Source: Alloascoidea hylecoeti
Taxonomy: Eukaryota
Assembly (NCBI GenBank): GCA_001600815.1
Contig: BCKZ01000011.1
Coordinates: 227,622 to 291,621, forward strand
Direction: 5' to 3'
DNA: 64,000 nucleotides
Shown here: positions 1 to 11,002 of the stretch, one piece after another
Layout of the letters: every line of letters starts with the position of its first letter
How positions within the stretch are numbered: position 1 is the first letter of the stretch
The notes under the pieces: generated by a model
The model's input: only the letters and a program-made list of their open reading frames with translations
Databases searched by the model: none
What the model was told of the DNA's origin: nothing
Translations under genes and position numbers: made by a program

Positions 1-1167
1 TGATAAAACAATTGAAAATAATATAATTAATCTCATATAATTTCCATATAATTTATTACCTAAATCACCAAAACTTGATACTTTTACTTTTTTTTTTGAA
101 TCTAATAGTAATAAAAAACACCAATAATTTAATATTGCAAAAAAAATTAATAAAATTGTACAAAAAATTAATCCACCATTTGAATAAGCTTTTGGTAAAA
201 ATAATACACCTGTACCAACAAAACTTTTTAATAATAAAAAACATGCTTTAACAGATGAAATTGTACCTTTTTTCTTAATATTTTTAGTATTATTGTTGGG
301 ATTTGATGTAGATGAGGATAATAATGGAGTTTCTTCATCTTCAATAACATTTTCAAAATTTGATTGTAATTGATTTTCAATATCATTTTTATCATCATCT
401 TCATCATCTTCAAGTTCTTCACCAGCAAAATGACCATAAACACTTAAAAATTCAACAAAATTTCTTGTTAAAAATAAAGGTAATTTTAAACCTTCATTAT
501 CATTTTGATTATCTTGATTATTTATAATCGGATTCAAATTTGTTTGTAATGGTAATTGACCATTGTTAATTGCTTTTTGTATTAGAAAACTTCTTCTAAA
601 ACCACCAGGTACACGAATACTTGAAATACTATCTCTTCTAACATCATTTTCTAGATTTGAAAATGAATGAGATCTTGATCTTTTTTTCTTCTTCTTTTGA
701 TTATTATTACTTGAAAATTCATCACTTCCGATTGTTGAAGAAGAACCATTATTATTAATACTTGAGTTTGAATTTTCTAATCTTTCTCTAGAAGCATATA
801 TTTTATAAAGATCCCTTGTTGTATCACCACCTTGTAAACTTAAAGAATTAAATTCGCCATCTAAAGCAGATGAAGACTTCGAATTATTATTATTACTATT
901 AGATACTAAATGACGACCAAATGCTTTATAATCAACACTATTATTCCCATCCAAATCATCATGAAATCTCATTGGACTAGAATTCCTACTAATACTATTG
1001 ATAGAATGTGGAGTACCAGATTCATAGTCATCATTAGTGATGGGAGTCATCAATCTCGCAGTTAAGACTCTACGAGAGTCAAAAGAGCCCGAAACGGTAG
1101 GATCATCCGAGGCATTTGGAACTGGTGGAGTAGTGATTCGTGAAGAAGAAGGAGGTGAAGATCTCAT
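1..1167 (-). CDS. Vacuolar amino acid transporter, AVT3/AVT4 family (5' part; runs off window start)
   Basis: Hand-translated minus frame from ATG at 1167 (MRSSPPSSS...). Contains LQGGDTTRDLYK, IRVPGGFRRSFL, LFLTRNFVEFLSVYGHFAGEEL, LLKSFVGTGVLFLPKAYSNGG and SFGDLG, typical of Avt3/Avt4. No stop before position 1. An extra upstream exon cannot be excluded. Confidence 0.88.
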   Translation of the reverse strand, partial: MRSSPPSSSRITTPPVPNASDDPTVSGSFDSRRVLTARLMTPITNDDYESGTPHSINSISRNSSPMRFHDDLDGNNSVDYKAFGRHLVSNSNNNNSKSSSALDGEFNSLSLQGGDTTRDLYKIYASRERLENSNSSINNNGSSSTIGSDEFSSNNNQKKKKKRSRSHSFSNLENDVRRDSISSIRVPGGFRRSFLIQKAINNGQLPLQTNLNPIINNQDNQNDNEGLKLPLFLTRNFVEFLSVYGHFAGEELEDDEDDDKNDIENQLQSNFENVIEDEETPLLSSSTSNPNNNTKNIKKKGTISSVKACFLLLKSFVGTGVLFLPKAYSNGGLIFCTILLIFFAILNYWCFLLLLDSKKKVKVSSFGDLGNKLYGNYMRLIILFSIVLS

Positions 1168-1467
1168 GGAAATATGCTACTAGATAGTTACTAATTTCTC
1201 GATAGTAGATCCTGATAACTGGAGAAAAAGAGATACCTAAATCGGTACTAAAAACACGTACATCCAGTGCGGCTCTATTTTCCGTTTTGGGTATTGCAGG
1301 AGTCACGTGTCTCCCACAGTGAAACTAGCCATCAGCTGTCCTTAGAAAGGAGAAAATTTAAATGAGTTGATAGAGCTTACTAGAGAGAGTATGCTCTCCA
1401 ACAGCAGTGCAGTTGTATCACAAAACCTTTTGTTCAACGTACCCATGACAGGTACTCCGATTACAAG

Positions 1468-1906
1468 CAAGTGGTGCTGCTAGTGTTAACACAAGTGTCA
1501 AGATATATCGAATAGGTGATTATTTTTACGGAACTTCATTTGTCGATGAAAAAACGGAAATGTTGTATGACTTGGTGGATATATTGAGAACCAAACTGGG
1601 CCCTAAAGAAAGACTTCCAGAATTAGAAATATGTCTTTTCATAAGTAATAAATTGTTTCTTCCTGGTAGTTTAACCTTGAACTTAAAAAAACCTGGGAAG
1701 CTAACGATGAAAACTAGAAAAAGAAATGTATCGACAAGATCTGATTTTACTGTTTCTAATGAAAATACCTCAATTTAATACTGTTTGGAACCAGTTTCTT
1801 TCTGTTTCGAAGTTGAGCGTCACACCATCGATAAATGAAGTTCCGTAAAAATAATCACCCATTTGATTTATCTTGGAACTTGTGTTAACACTAACAGCAC
1901 CACTTG
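1468..1906. repeat. Inverted repeat, 81-bp arms (1468-1548 and 1826-1906), ~277-bp spacer
   Basis: The reverse complement of 1468-1548 aligns ungapped to 1826-1906 with about 7 mismatches. Confidence 0.9.
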
Positions 1907-2460
1907 ATACTACTAATATCATAATACAAGTTAACAAAAACAAGTTTATTGCAATTACCGCTTTTATAATATATTATTACTAAATACTTTCATCCATTTC
2001 TTCATCACTATAGGCTTCATCCTCTATATTTACCTCTTCTTCCTCATTTTCATCAGTCATAAGTAAGATGCAGACCTATTTTTATTACGAGTACTTCTTC
2101 TTGTGGCACTATTTTCCTTTGGTAATTGCTTATCTGCTTTTACTCGTTTCGGTCCTCTTTTGGAAACTGATTGTTTTCTCTTCAATGGCATGGTTTTAGT
2201 AGAGATACCATTAATATTGTTTTCCTTTTTTACTACAATTCTTTTCGTAACATTTAGAGCTCTTTCAGAGAAAGCTCTTGTCAATTTCTTCGAAATATAT
2301 TCTTTCACATCGATTTAAAATCACATCTGGAGTGAAATTTGTTGTCATTATTTTATCACTAGCACTTTTTTCTTCTCTTTTGAAAACTGCAAATGCATTA
2401 CTAGGTAATTTTACACACGCCATACTTCTATAGCTACCTCATCCTTCTGATCTCTTATCA
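1640..2460 (-). mobile_element. Degenerate retroelement 3' region: integrase C-terminal tail, then a basic linker, an acidic tract and a hydrophobic signal-like segment (possible env-like frame)
   Basis: Frameshifted minus-strand reading: EVWRV/VKLPSNAFAVF...VILNR/DVKEY (resembles a GPY/F tail), RRSTRNKNRS, DENEEEEVNIEDE, KAVIAINLFLLTCIMILVVSSG...GDYFYGTSFIDG. Adjacent to a Gypsy pol remnant. Confidence 0.45.
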
Positions 2461-2683
2461 GTCATCAAATAGATTAATATGGCCTGTATTAATTAACTAT
2501 TTTAGTTATAGGGAATCTCGCTTTATTATGTTAGAATTCTAGTCTCCCACACCGTCTAGTTTTATGGTAATTTTGGAACAGGATTCGCATTTTCTCTTAT
2601 GATTTAGGTTTCTTGTCGTGCAGCTGCCTCATAGACTAATGTTTTGGCAGTAAGTGTCAGTGGGAAAACAGTAGCCCAACCAC

Positions 2684-3970
2684 ATTAGCTCAAGGCTATT
2701 GTAATGCACCCGCTGATTTTACTAAAGTGATGAGTAGAGTATTGGGGTTAGTAAAGGGTTTCGTCAGCTTCTACACGGATGATATTTTTGTTTATTCAAA
2801 ATCTGTTGATGAGTATCTAATACATTTAAATTCCATATTTACCGTCCTTGAGAGTGTTGGCCTTACGGTCTCTCCTAAAAAGTTACACTTAGGATTGAAC
2901 GAAATGTCACTTTTGGGTACTAAAATTAATGGTAAAGGCATAAGACCTGAAGAAAGCAAATTTGATTTTAATTTAACAGAGCCACAAACAGATCATCAAG
3001 CTAGATCGATGGTTGGACAAATCAATTACTTACGTCCTTATTTACCAAATTTTGCTGCAATAATGGCATCTAGTTATGACACATTTCAAAAGAAAAATAT
3101 CAAGAAGTTTATGTGGACGCCTGAAGCTAGTGAATCTCTTAAAAGGATTGGGAAGGCATTAGAGAAAGCTAATACTATGATTTTAACCCCGTTTCCAGAT
3201 AACAGTGAAGAAATTGTTCTTGAATTTATTATGGGAAACGAAGAGGAGGAAGACATTGAAAGTGCTTCTGAAAATACCTATTGGGGAGCTATATTGAGGG
3301 ATAAAAATGGGAATTATTTGAATATAGAAAGTGGACATGCTAGCATAAAAAGAAGATATGTCAAAATAACAGTGGCTTGTCTTACAGCATGTCTAAACTA
3401 CATTATCTGCTTATTGGACGACCAGTTAAGCTTGACGCAAAGATTGAATCTTTAATTCAATGCTTAAATACTCCTAAACACGAGATTGGATTTAAGATTA
3501 TTCAGCGATGGTTGAATCGGTTAGCTATGTATAGTTTGAAAATCATACCAGCTAAAGAGGTAAAAGTACAAGCAGAAATAGGTGAACAAGTATTGGAAGT
3601 GTTATTGGTGGCATTGAAGAAAGATGAGTCTATGGCAGATAGGGTAATTATAGAATTAGGAAGTGCTGAAATTAGACATTATGATGGAGAAGATACATAT
3701 CCCCTCATTCCATATAGGGAGTCTATTGTTACATTATAAAGGAACAGTACTTCCTATCAGATGAAAAAAATAATACTTTTGAAAGTGATTAAAAATTTTT
3801 ATCTTCAAAACCATAATTATATTATAACGGGAAGTTAGTTATTACTAAAAGAGAAGATAAAATTTTGCACAAAGCCATGACGATGGCGGTCATTACGAAC
3901 AAAAGGCAGTTCAGAAGGCTATTGAAAAATTATTTTATTGGGAAGGAATGGTGACGGACGATGTAAGGAG
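2684..3970 (+). mobile_element. Ty3/Gypsy pol remnant (RT, RNase H, integrase zinc-finger start), frameshifted
   Basis: LAQGYCNAPADFTKVM and FYTDDIFVYS (RT motifs), SLLGTKINGKGIRP, RSMVGQINYLRPYLPNFA, FMWTPEA, YWGAIL, IQRWLNRLAMY, then HDDGGHY...LFYWEGM (integrase HHCC N-terminus). Order RT-RH-IN is Gypsy-type. Confidence 0.9.
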
Positions 3971-4249
3971 TTTATTGTTTCTTCATTGGATATCGTTAGA
4001 ACTTAATAGCAATTGTTTTTTCCACAAAAGAAAAAATAGAAATCTACTATTAGAAATATTATAATCTATTGTTTCTTGGAATTTACCTATGATCATTAGT
4101 ATGGTGGCATTTGTGAAATTGTAGAATGTTTAAATAAAGAAATTGAACACCATTTATATAAACTTTTCAGGGACCCCTAGCTTCAAAGAAACCCATCCTT
4201 CTAATTATACAATAGAATCACTGGCTTCTAAAATCACAGTAAGTGAGAT

Positions 4250-4900
4250 TTCAGGAATATCAAAAAGACCACCTAATATCCTGTCCGTGGACACATGAGT
4301 ATGGAATATTTTTGTCACTTAAAGTGTCTTCTTTGAATGAGATGCACCGATGGAACAAAATGATATAATTTAAAGATATATTGGGCTGTTCTCAGGACAT
4401 TGTGGATGTTGTATTTATTGATGAATGTCCTGTCTTACATGATACGTCTTCTCGCGACATTCTAAGAAACACCTACAATTCTGCCAGTTTTAACATAGGA
4501 ATCAACTGATGTGACCAAATGGACAAGATATTACTTTTTCTCTGTTATCCATGTTTCTAATTGTTAAAAATGATTGAGGTATTGATGAGATATTCTCAAA
4601 TAAAGTGTATCAATGGTACACGTTCTGATTACACAAAGTTGGTAGTGTGCAATATCCTGTGACCCACTATTATACCCTGTGATCAACTTTTGGAGGAGGC
4701 CTCGGGCTTTTGATAAGACTCATGAAGGTCTCATATTCAAGTAAGATAATGCACCTACCCATGAAGCTAAAATTGAGATGAAATGATTTCATGAAAAGAA
4801 GATAGAGTTGTCGGAATGACCGCTGTCTTCGCCAGATCTGATCTGATTGTGAGCAAATGGAATATATTAATAATTAAAAAAAAGATAACCACAAAACAAG
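4250..4900 (+). mobile_element. Tc1/mariner (DDE) transposase remnant
   Basis: 4733-4870 reads IFK*DNAPTHEAKIEMK*FHEKKIELSE*PLSSPDL.../IVSKWNIL, matching the Tc1 consensus FQQDNAPxH...WPxxSPDLNPIENLW with stops. The left boundary is approximate. Confidence 0.7.
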
Positions 4901-5368
4901 AATTGAGCCTTTCACATGGTATGGAATTGAATAAAGTTCTATTATTTGGGTATCTCGAAAATTCGGGCTGATATGGATAAGGGTATCATTGATAGTCCCA
5001 TTGACTTCATAATCCGTAGGGTTATAACGCCCCCTGGCAAAGTACCCAAAGCTGCCATGGGGTGGCCGTTTATGGCGTGCAGCGCCAACACTAAATATTA
5101 AATGTCATTTTATACACTAATATAATCTTTAGTAACTACGGAACATTATAATAAAGGTCCTTATATAATTTAGGGTTTTGTAGAGTATTCTGCCGCTGAG
5201 TATCTCATTCCCATTTTTCTTCGGAATGGCATCCAAAAATGCTTAGTTACTCACGATTGTACCCGGCCATACTCAAAAATATTCACCAAAATCTATAATT
5301 GGATACAACAAACATCAATTTTCTATTTTCTAATTATATATCTAAAAACTTCTATTTTATTATTAACA

Positions 5369-6313
5369 TTAAAACTTAAACACTTGCTGAGATCTGAACT
5401 TCAGCGCCCCTAATGCTCCCGTCACCTCCTTCTCTCCCTTAGGTCCACAAATGGCTTTATACATTGGTGGTGGTCCACAAACAAATATCTTTGTTCCTCG
5501 TCTTGTATTTGGGAATCCAACTTTGGATATAAATTCCTTTGTAATATATCCGGTTTTACCCTTCCATGCTGATGTAGATCTATCTAAAAAGTAATAAACC
5601 CGAAACCTATCTGGGTAAAAACTTGCCAATTCATCCAATTCTGGTTTTAAAATAATATCATCTTCATTTACATTTCCATAAATTAAAGTAACTTTTGTAA
5701 CATCTTCTGGATTATCAAATATTTCTAATAAAACCTGATATATTGGTGCTATACCTGTACCACCACCAATTAATAAAATTTCATCATGCATATTTGTAAT
5801 ATATTTATATTTCATAATTGGACCTTTAAAAGATAATGATTCACCGATTTTTAGATTAAAAATATGACCAGACATTAAACCTTTTGGATATCTTTTAACA
5901 ATGAATTCAATAAAACCTCTTTCATTCGGCCTTGAAATTGGTGTATATGTTCTAACAACAGATTCTCCTTCTTCAGTTTCAAATCTTGCTAAGATTGATG
6001 ATGCCGTTGGTAATCCGGCAATATGATTGGATGATGGTAATTGAAAGACAAATTTCTTAATAACTGATGTTACTGTTTTAACTTGAACTAATTGTAAATC
6101 TAACCATCTTGTTGAATCAAATGCAACTATTGGTCGTGTTGATTGTATTTGTGCTTTTTCTATTCCTTGTGTTTGGTTGATGTTTAAATGTTTCTATACG
6201 ATGAGTCAACTATTAATATTCATAGCCTCTCCGATAGCCGCACCCATAACGAAACAGTATTCGAAATAACATACCTGAACCTGTAGTAATCTATTAAAAG
6301 CAGTATCCTTCAT
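5369..6313 (-). CDS. NADH-cytochrome b5 reductase, MCR1-like (exons 6313-6275 and 6193-5369; 287 aa)
   Basis: VVRTYTPIS FAD motif, IVKRYPKGLMSGHIF, LIGGGTGIAP, IYGNVNEDDI, VCGPPPM, C-terminal VFKF. The intron 6274-6194 (GTATGT...TAG) keeps the frame. Confidence 0.9.
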
Positions 6314-7664
6314 CTTTAAATAAATAACGTATATAATTTGACGATTAAAAAAATGAATATGATAAAAAAAAAATGAATTTTCTATTGATATTTATATAAA
6401 AATTTCAAAAATTGATAGATATCGCATAATACTTCCGTATCCGTTTCTAACAAAGGCGGATTGCAGCTAACGGAAAAATCCGGACACAAAATAGAACACG
6501 TGCCTGCCGATAAAGTATCAAAAGGATGTTTGGAGGTGTCGTCTGATGATGGCCTTTCGGAACCAATAGTAGATTCAACAGGAATAAATAGGAATGAAAT
6601 CTACAAGGTGAACGGAAAAATCAAGGATGTAGTAAAATGAAAATTGAGATGACTTTGATCTTGAATCTTGATACTGACGGGCTTAAAAAAATGTTTAAAT
6701 TAAGAATAGAATGTTTTAGGTCATTTAACAATTATTTAACAGAATATTTTTTTTTCTTCATATCGTGATGAGAATGATATCGATGCAGTTGTTCTAGAAA
6801 TCTTATTTTAAAGATTAATGTGGCAAGATATTAATTATTTTTATTTTTAATCTATTATTACTTTAGGAGTATGCTTTATTTCCTATTGAGGAGTGTGAAC
6901 TTCTCCAAGTAGATAGAATTGGATTCATTAACAAACCGTTCGTAAAACAATTGTAGCGGTATGACAAACGTTGGTTGTTGACATTGTTGTGCTCAGGATC
7001 TTGACAAAAACCCGAGAGTTTTAGTAGAAAGCTCCAAGAAAGAAGCACTCCTTGAAGTTGAATCATTCTTTTAATAAGACGATTACTACCTTTAGAAAAG
7101 TCTAATATTTTAGAGCATATTTGTTTGATTGACTTTTCCCTCTGATCAGACTTCACTAAAAAGACAATTGCTTAATCCAATTACAAGTTATTGCGTGATA
7201 AATATTACAGGTGATCTACGTTTCTCTTCATTAATTAGAGAGTGACTGGCTGGTTCACTTTTAACATAAATTTTAAAACCCTATTTACCTGAGCCAGCGC
7301 CATAACCACGAGATTAATATTAGAAAATGGGCTCGCATACTAAACAAATGGCACAAAAATACAGTGTAAAGTGGTATTAATATTCAAAAAACGGAAAACA
7401 ATTGCAATTGTGTGGTACCGGTGTTTATATCGGCTCAATAGTTGTGTTCTTTATTGAGGTCCAATTAAGCTATAGTGCATCCATAATATGATATCAATTA
7501 TAACTGCCATGATTTTCTTCTCCATTCTCTGAAGGTTAATATAATATTAGACACTAAATTTAATTATCGAAGTATACATATACAAATTGATTGAAATACA
7601 CAGAAGCAAAATTTTAATTCACAATATGAAATATTTGGGTTTAATCAATTGCAATTCTAGTACA

Positions 7665-8648
7665 CTAATTTTTATCTTCAGTAGCTTTAAGAGTTTCATA
7701 TTCTTTCCTAAGCTCCAAAGCTTTAGATTGATATACTTCCCTTTCTGTTCCACTTAATGATTTCCAATCTTCAGCAATGTCTTTAATAAGAATAGACGCT
7801 TTAATACCAACAGATCCTGCTAATTTATCCTTAACAAAAAGACTATAAGCAGATGCAGGTTTTGTAATTTTTGTATAAGTTCCTGTTCTTTTTTGATATT
7901 CAAGTTTTTCTTTCAAATAATTTTCACTTTCTTTTTCAGATTGTTTTTTATATTTCTCTTTTTCAAATTCTGATAAATCACTCCATGATTTTGTAATTTT
8001 TGAAAATAAATCTGTTCCTGATAATGATGGATTATTATCTTTAAAAGTTTGATAAACATCTTTAATATATAATGCATTTGCAGATGATGGAGGTTTTGGT
8101 AAATCAATTACATATTTTGAATTATATTCAGATAATTCATCTTTATAAATCTTCATTGCTTCAGTGAATTTTTCTTGATATGGTTCTTTTTCCCAAATTG
8201 AAAGTGATTTCCATTCTAATGCAACAATATTTTTTGGACTTTTAGTACGACCATCTTTATTTGCCTTTTCATTTGCAAAAATTATAAATGGACTTGCTGG
8301 TCTTTTTGGTTTATCTGGTATTTCATCAACACCTAAGATTTTCTTTAATGCTTGATGATTTTTACGTTCTCTTGCTAAGATTTTTTTATATGATGCATGA
8401 ACTTCTTCAGATGCTTCGAGCCATGATTGTCTTGCTTCTTTCTTATCAGTTGTAAGTTTCTTACCTTTATGTGTTGCAAAATAATCCTTTAAAAAACATT
8501 GATAAGCCGTTGTTGGTTTATTACTTTCAAATGTTTGAACCCGATATAATATAGAATTAGTGGTGAATAGACGTTCACGACATCCGGATCCGAAACTAGA
8601 TTTACCAGCTTTAACACAAACAGGTGTAAGCTTTGATAATTTCAACAT
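7665..8648 (-). CDS. Multi-HMG-box protein with predicted mitochondrial presequence (Abf2/TFAM-like mtDNA packaging factor)
   Basis: Four HMG-like repeats (KPTTAYQCF..W, PKRPASPFIIF..WKSLS, PKPPSSANALY..WSDLS, KPASAYSLF..WKSLS). The N-terminus is basic, Ser/Thr-rich and nearly free of acidic residues. First ATG at 8648. Confidence 0.8.
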   Translation of the reverse strand: MLKLSKLTPVCVKAGKSSFGSGCRERLFTTNSILYRVQTFESNKPTTAYQCFLKDYFATHKGKKLTTDKKEARQSWLEASEEVHASYKKILARERKNHQALKKILGVDEIPDKPKRPASPFIIFANEKANKDGRTKSPKNIVALEWKSLSIWEKEPYQEKFTEAMKIYKDELSEYNSKYVIDLPKPPSSANALYIKDVYQTFKDNNPSLSGTDLFSKITKSWSDLSEFEKEKYKKQSEKESENYLKEKLEYQKRTGTYTKITKPASAYSLFVKDKLAGSVGIKASILIKDIAEDWKSLSGTEREVYQSKALELRKEYETLKATEDKN

Positions 8649-9159
8649 TCTTTGCAATTGTGTTTAAATTTAATTGACTTTTCAGATATCAATTTCTTAA
8701 ACAATCAAGTCAATCGTAAAAACTAACGGATCTATTATAATCTGTAAACAAAAACAAAGAAGAGATGAATGTGCTGATAAATACGCTATCATGACTACGT
8801 GTACATAGTAATAACTTAGACAGACAGCCTCGAATTTTGAATATTTAAATAATTATAGGCAATATCTTTTGACAAATATTCCATCCAAACGGAATACTTG
8901 CTTGATGTTTGTTCATGTATTTTACTATGTGTGTCGTGATTATGAAACCGAAATAGTGAGTTTTAGTTACGAATAAAAGTTAATTCCACCATACAATTCA
9001 ATATTTACTAGCTATTAAATACCAAATGGCAGCAGTATATCCTTCAATGATAAGTTCTTGGGATTTATATTTAATTCATTCGATAAATTCTGACACTATG
9101 AGCACCTAGGGTTTCATCTCTTACATAACAATTCTATGCTTTATAATTCAATGCGAAAT

Positions 9160-10794
9160 TTAATAATCTATTATTTTTGAAAGAACTTTCATCATAGCTA
9201 GAAGTTTTTCTTCTTTTAATCTTCCAGCAACGAGTTGAATTGCAACAGCACCTCCATTGATTTCTTCAGGATTATAATTACCATAAATATATTCATCAAC
9301 ATCATTTCTTGGTTTATATCCTTCTTCTTTTAAATCAATGTTCTTATCTGCTCTTGTTACTGGTAATATTCCACAAGAATAATCTAAAGCATTGAATGGT
9401 GAAGTATATCCAACATATTGATATTTTCCATGTGGACATCCAGCAAATGGAGAAGCAGGCAATATAATCCCATCAATTGGGTTTCCAGTACTTGTTTTAC
9501 TTGATGTTTCAAGCCATCTTTCTAAATATTTTTTACATAATAATGTTCTTTCAGCTTGAAGATCCCATAACTTAGAAACTCCCATTTCTTTTGCAGTTTC
9601 ATACATTTTCATATCTGGGAAAAATGGTTCTCCTGTTAATGCTGTATATTCTTTACAATGAATCCCACCATCTGCTAAGAAAAATGCAGTTATTATATTA
9701 GCAAGTCTTTGATGATCTGTTGCTTCCCATTCAATTATTTCATGTCCTGCCGCTTTTAATTTCGCAATTGCTTCTTTTAATCCACGTTGAATTGGTGGTG
9801 TTGGTTTAACATATCCGTCATCATATAAAACGGCAAAAGTAAGTTTTTCTGGTAATTGAACATCTTGTTTCCATGGAACTTCATATACCTTAGGGTCATA
9901 ATTCCATGGTTTTGCTCCAATAACGTTCTCACAATAAAATTCAATTGATTCTAGTGAGGTTGATAATGGTCCATTAACACTGTTGACACTTTCAAGACCA
10001 GGTAATCCAGATCTTGTACCGTAAGTAGGAAATCTACCAAAAGTTGGTCTTATTGCAAAAAGATTGTTAAATGAAGCAGGAATACGAATTGACCCTCCAA
10101 TATCTGATCCAATACCAATACATGCTCCTTTTAATGCCAATAATGCAGCTTCACCTCCACTTGAACCGCCGGAACTTAAATCTGTATTAAAAGGAGTTGA
10201 TGTTTTACCATATACATGATTCACAGATTCAGCCATCATCATAGCTACAGGAACATTTGTTTTCACATAAAAAACAGCACCTTGATCTCTTAATAATTCA
10301 ACTAGTGCTGAATCATAAGTTGCTCCACCTTTAGGTTCAAAAGAAAATCCAACAAATCCAATTGTTGTTGCTTGACCTTTAACATTTAAATTATCTTTTA
10401 AAGAAACTGGTAAACCATGAAAAGAACCTTTTAATTTACCAGTTTTTTCATAATAATCATCTAATTCTTTTGCTTGTTTAAAAGCTTCATTGAAAAAAAC
10501 TTCTGAAAGACAATTAACTAATTGATGAGATATTGAAGCACGATGACAAAATGCTTTTGTAACTTGTAAAGATTTCCATTCTTTAGATTTAATTTTTAAT
10601 AATATTTCGGGTACTGAAGATTCTGTAATTTCAATTTCTTCTTTTGATAAAAATCCACTTTTAATTGGGAATTTTAAAACATCTTGAGATTTTGGAAGTT
10701 CATTTTCCGGAATTAACCATTCTTTTATAAAGTTTGAATCTCTGTCAATTACTTTTTTAGAAGCAATTTTTTTATAATTATTTGAAACGGTCAT
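9160..10794 (-). CDS. Amidase-signature family enzyme (AMD2/acetamidase-like)
   Basis: GLPVSLKDN, GGSSGGEAAL and GIGSDIGGSIRIPA, giving an intact Ser-cisSer-Lys triad; 544 aa. Confidence 0.93.
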   Translation of the reverse strand: MTVSNNYKKIASKKVIDRDSNFIKEWLIPENELPKSQDVLKFPIKSGFLSKEEIEITESSVPEILLKIKSKEWKSLQVTKAFCHRASISHQLVNCLSEVFFNEAFKQAKELDDYYEKTGKLKGSFHGLPVSLKDNLNVKGQATTIGFVGFSFEPKGGATYDSALVELLRDQGAVFYVKTNVPVAMMMAESVNHVYGKTSTPFNTDLSSGGSSGGEAALLALKGACIGIGSDIGGSIRIPASFNNLFAIRPTFGRFPTYGTRSGLPGLESVNSVNGPLSTSLESIEFYCENVIGAKPWNYDPKVYEVPWKQDVQLPEKLTFAVLYDDGYVKPTPPIQRGLKEAIAKLKAAGHEIIEWEATDHQRLANIITAFFLADGGIHCKEYTALTGEPFFPDMKMYETAKEMGVSKLWDLQAERTLLCKKYLERWLETSSKTSTGNPIDGIILPASPFAGCPHGKYQYVGYTSPFNALDYSCGILPVTRADKNIDLKEEGYKPRNDVDEYIYGNYNPEEINGGAVAIQLVAGRLKEEKLLAMMKVLSKIIDY

Positions 10795-10986
10795 TCTTAA
10801 TTTTATGTTATTCTGGGGAAAAATCAGATAATCTTTCTAATAATTAAGTAAAATTCAAATATACATGTAATTATAGGCCTATATATATTACCAATTGAAC
10901 GTAATATTAGGAAATATATCCGGAAGAAAGCAAATAATTGTATTCATTATCTAATTATCGGTTCATAGGGCCGATTTTTGGGGGGT

Positions 10987-11002
10987 TAGATAAGCTTATC
11001 TA
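10987..11002. promoter_or_regulatory. Perfect 16-bp palindrome TAGATAAGCTTATCTA holding two opposed GATAAG GATA-factor sites
   Basis: Lies in the divergent promoter between the amidase and the transporter. A further CTTATC sits at ~11037. Confidence 0.55.

Noticed and set aside
6480..7220. Coding-like fragments and the 97-aa minus ORF between MCR1-like and the HMG gene
   Set aside because: No recognisable motif and multiple stops; cannot be assigned.
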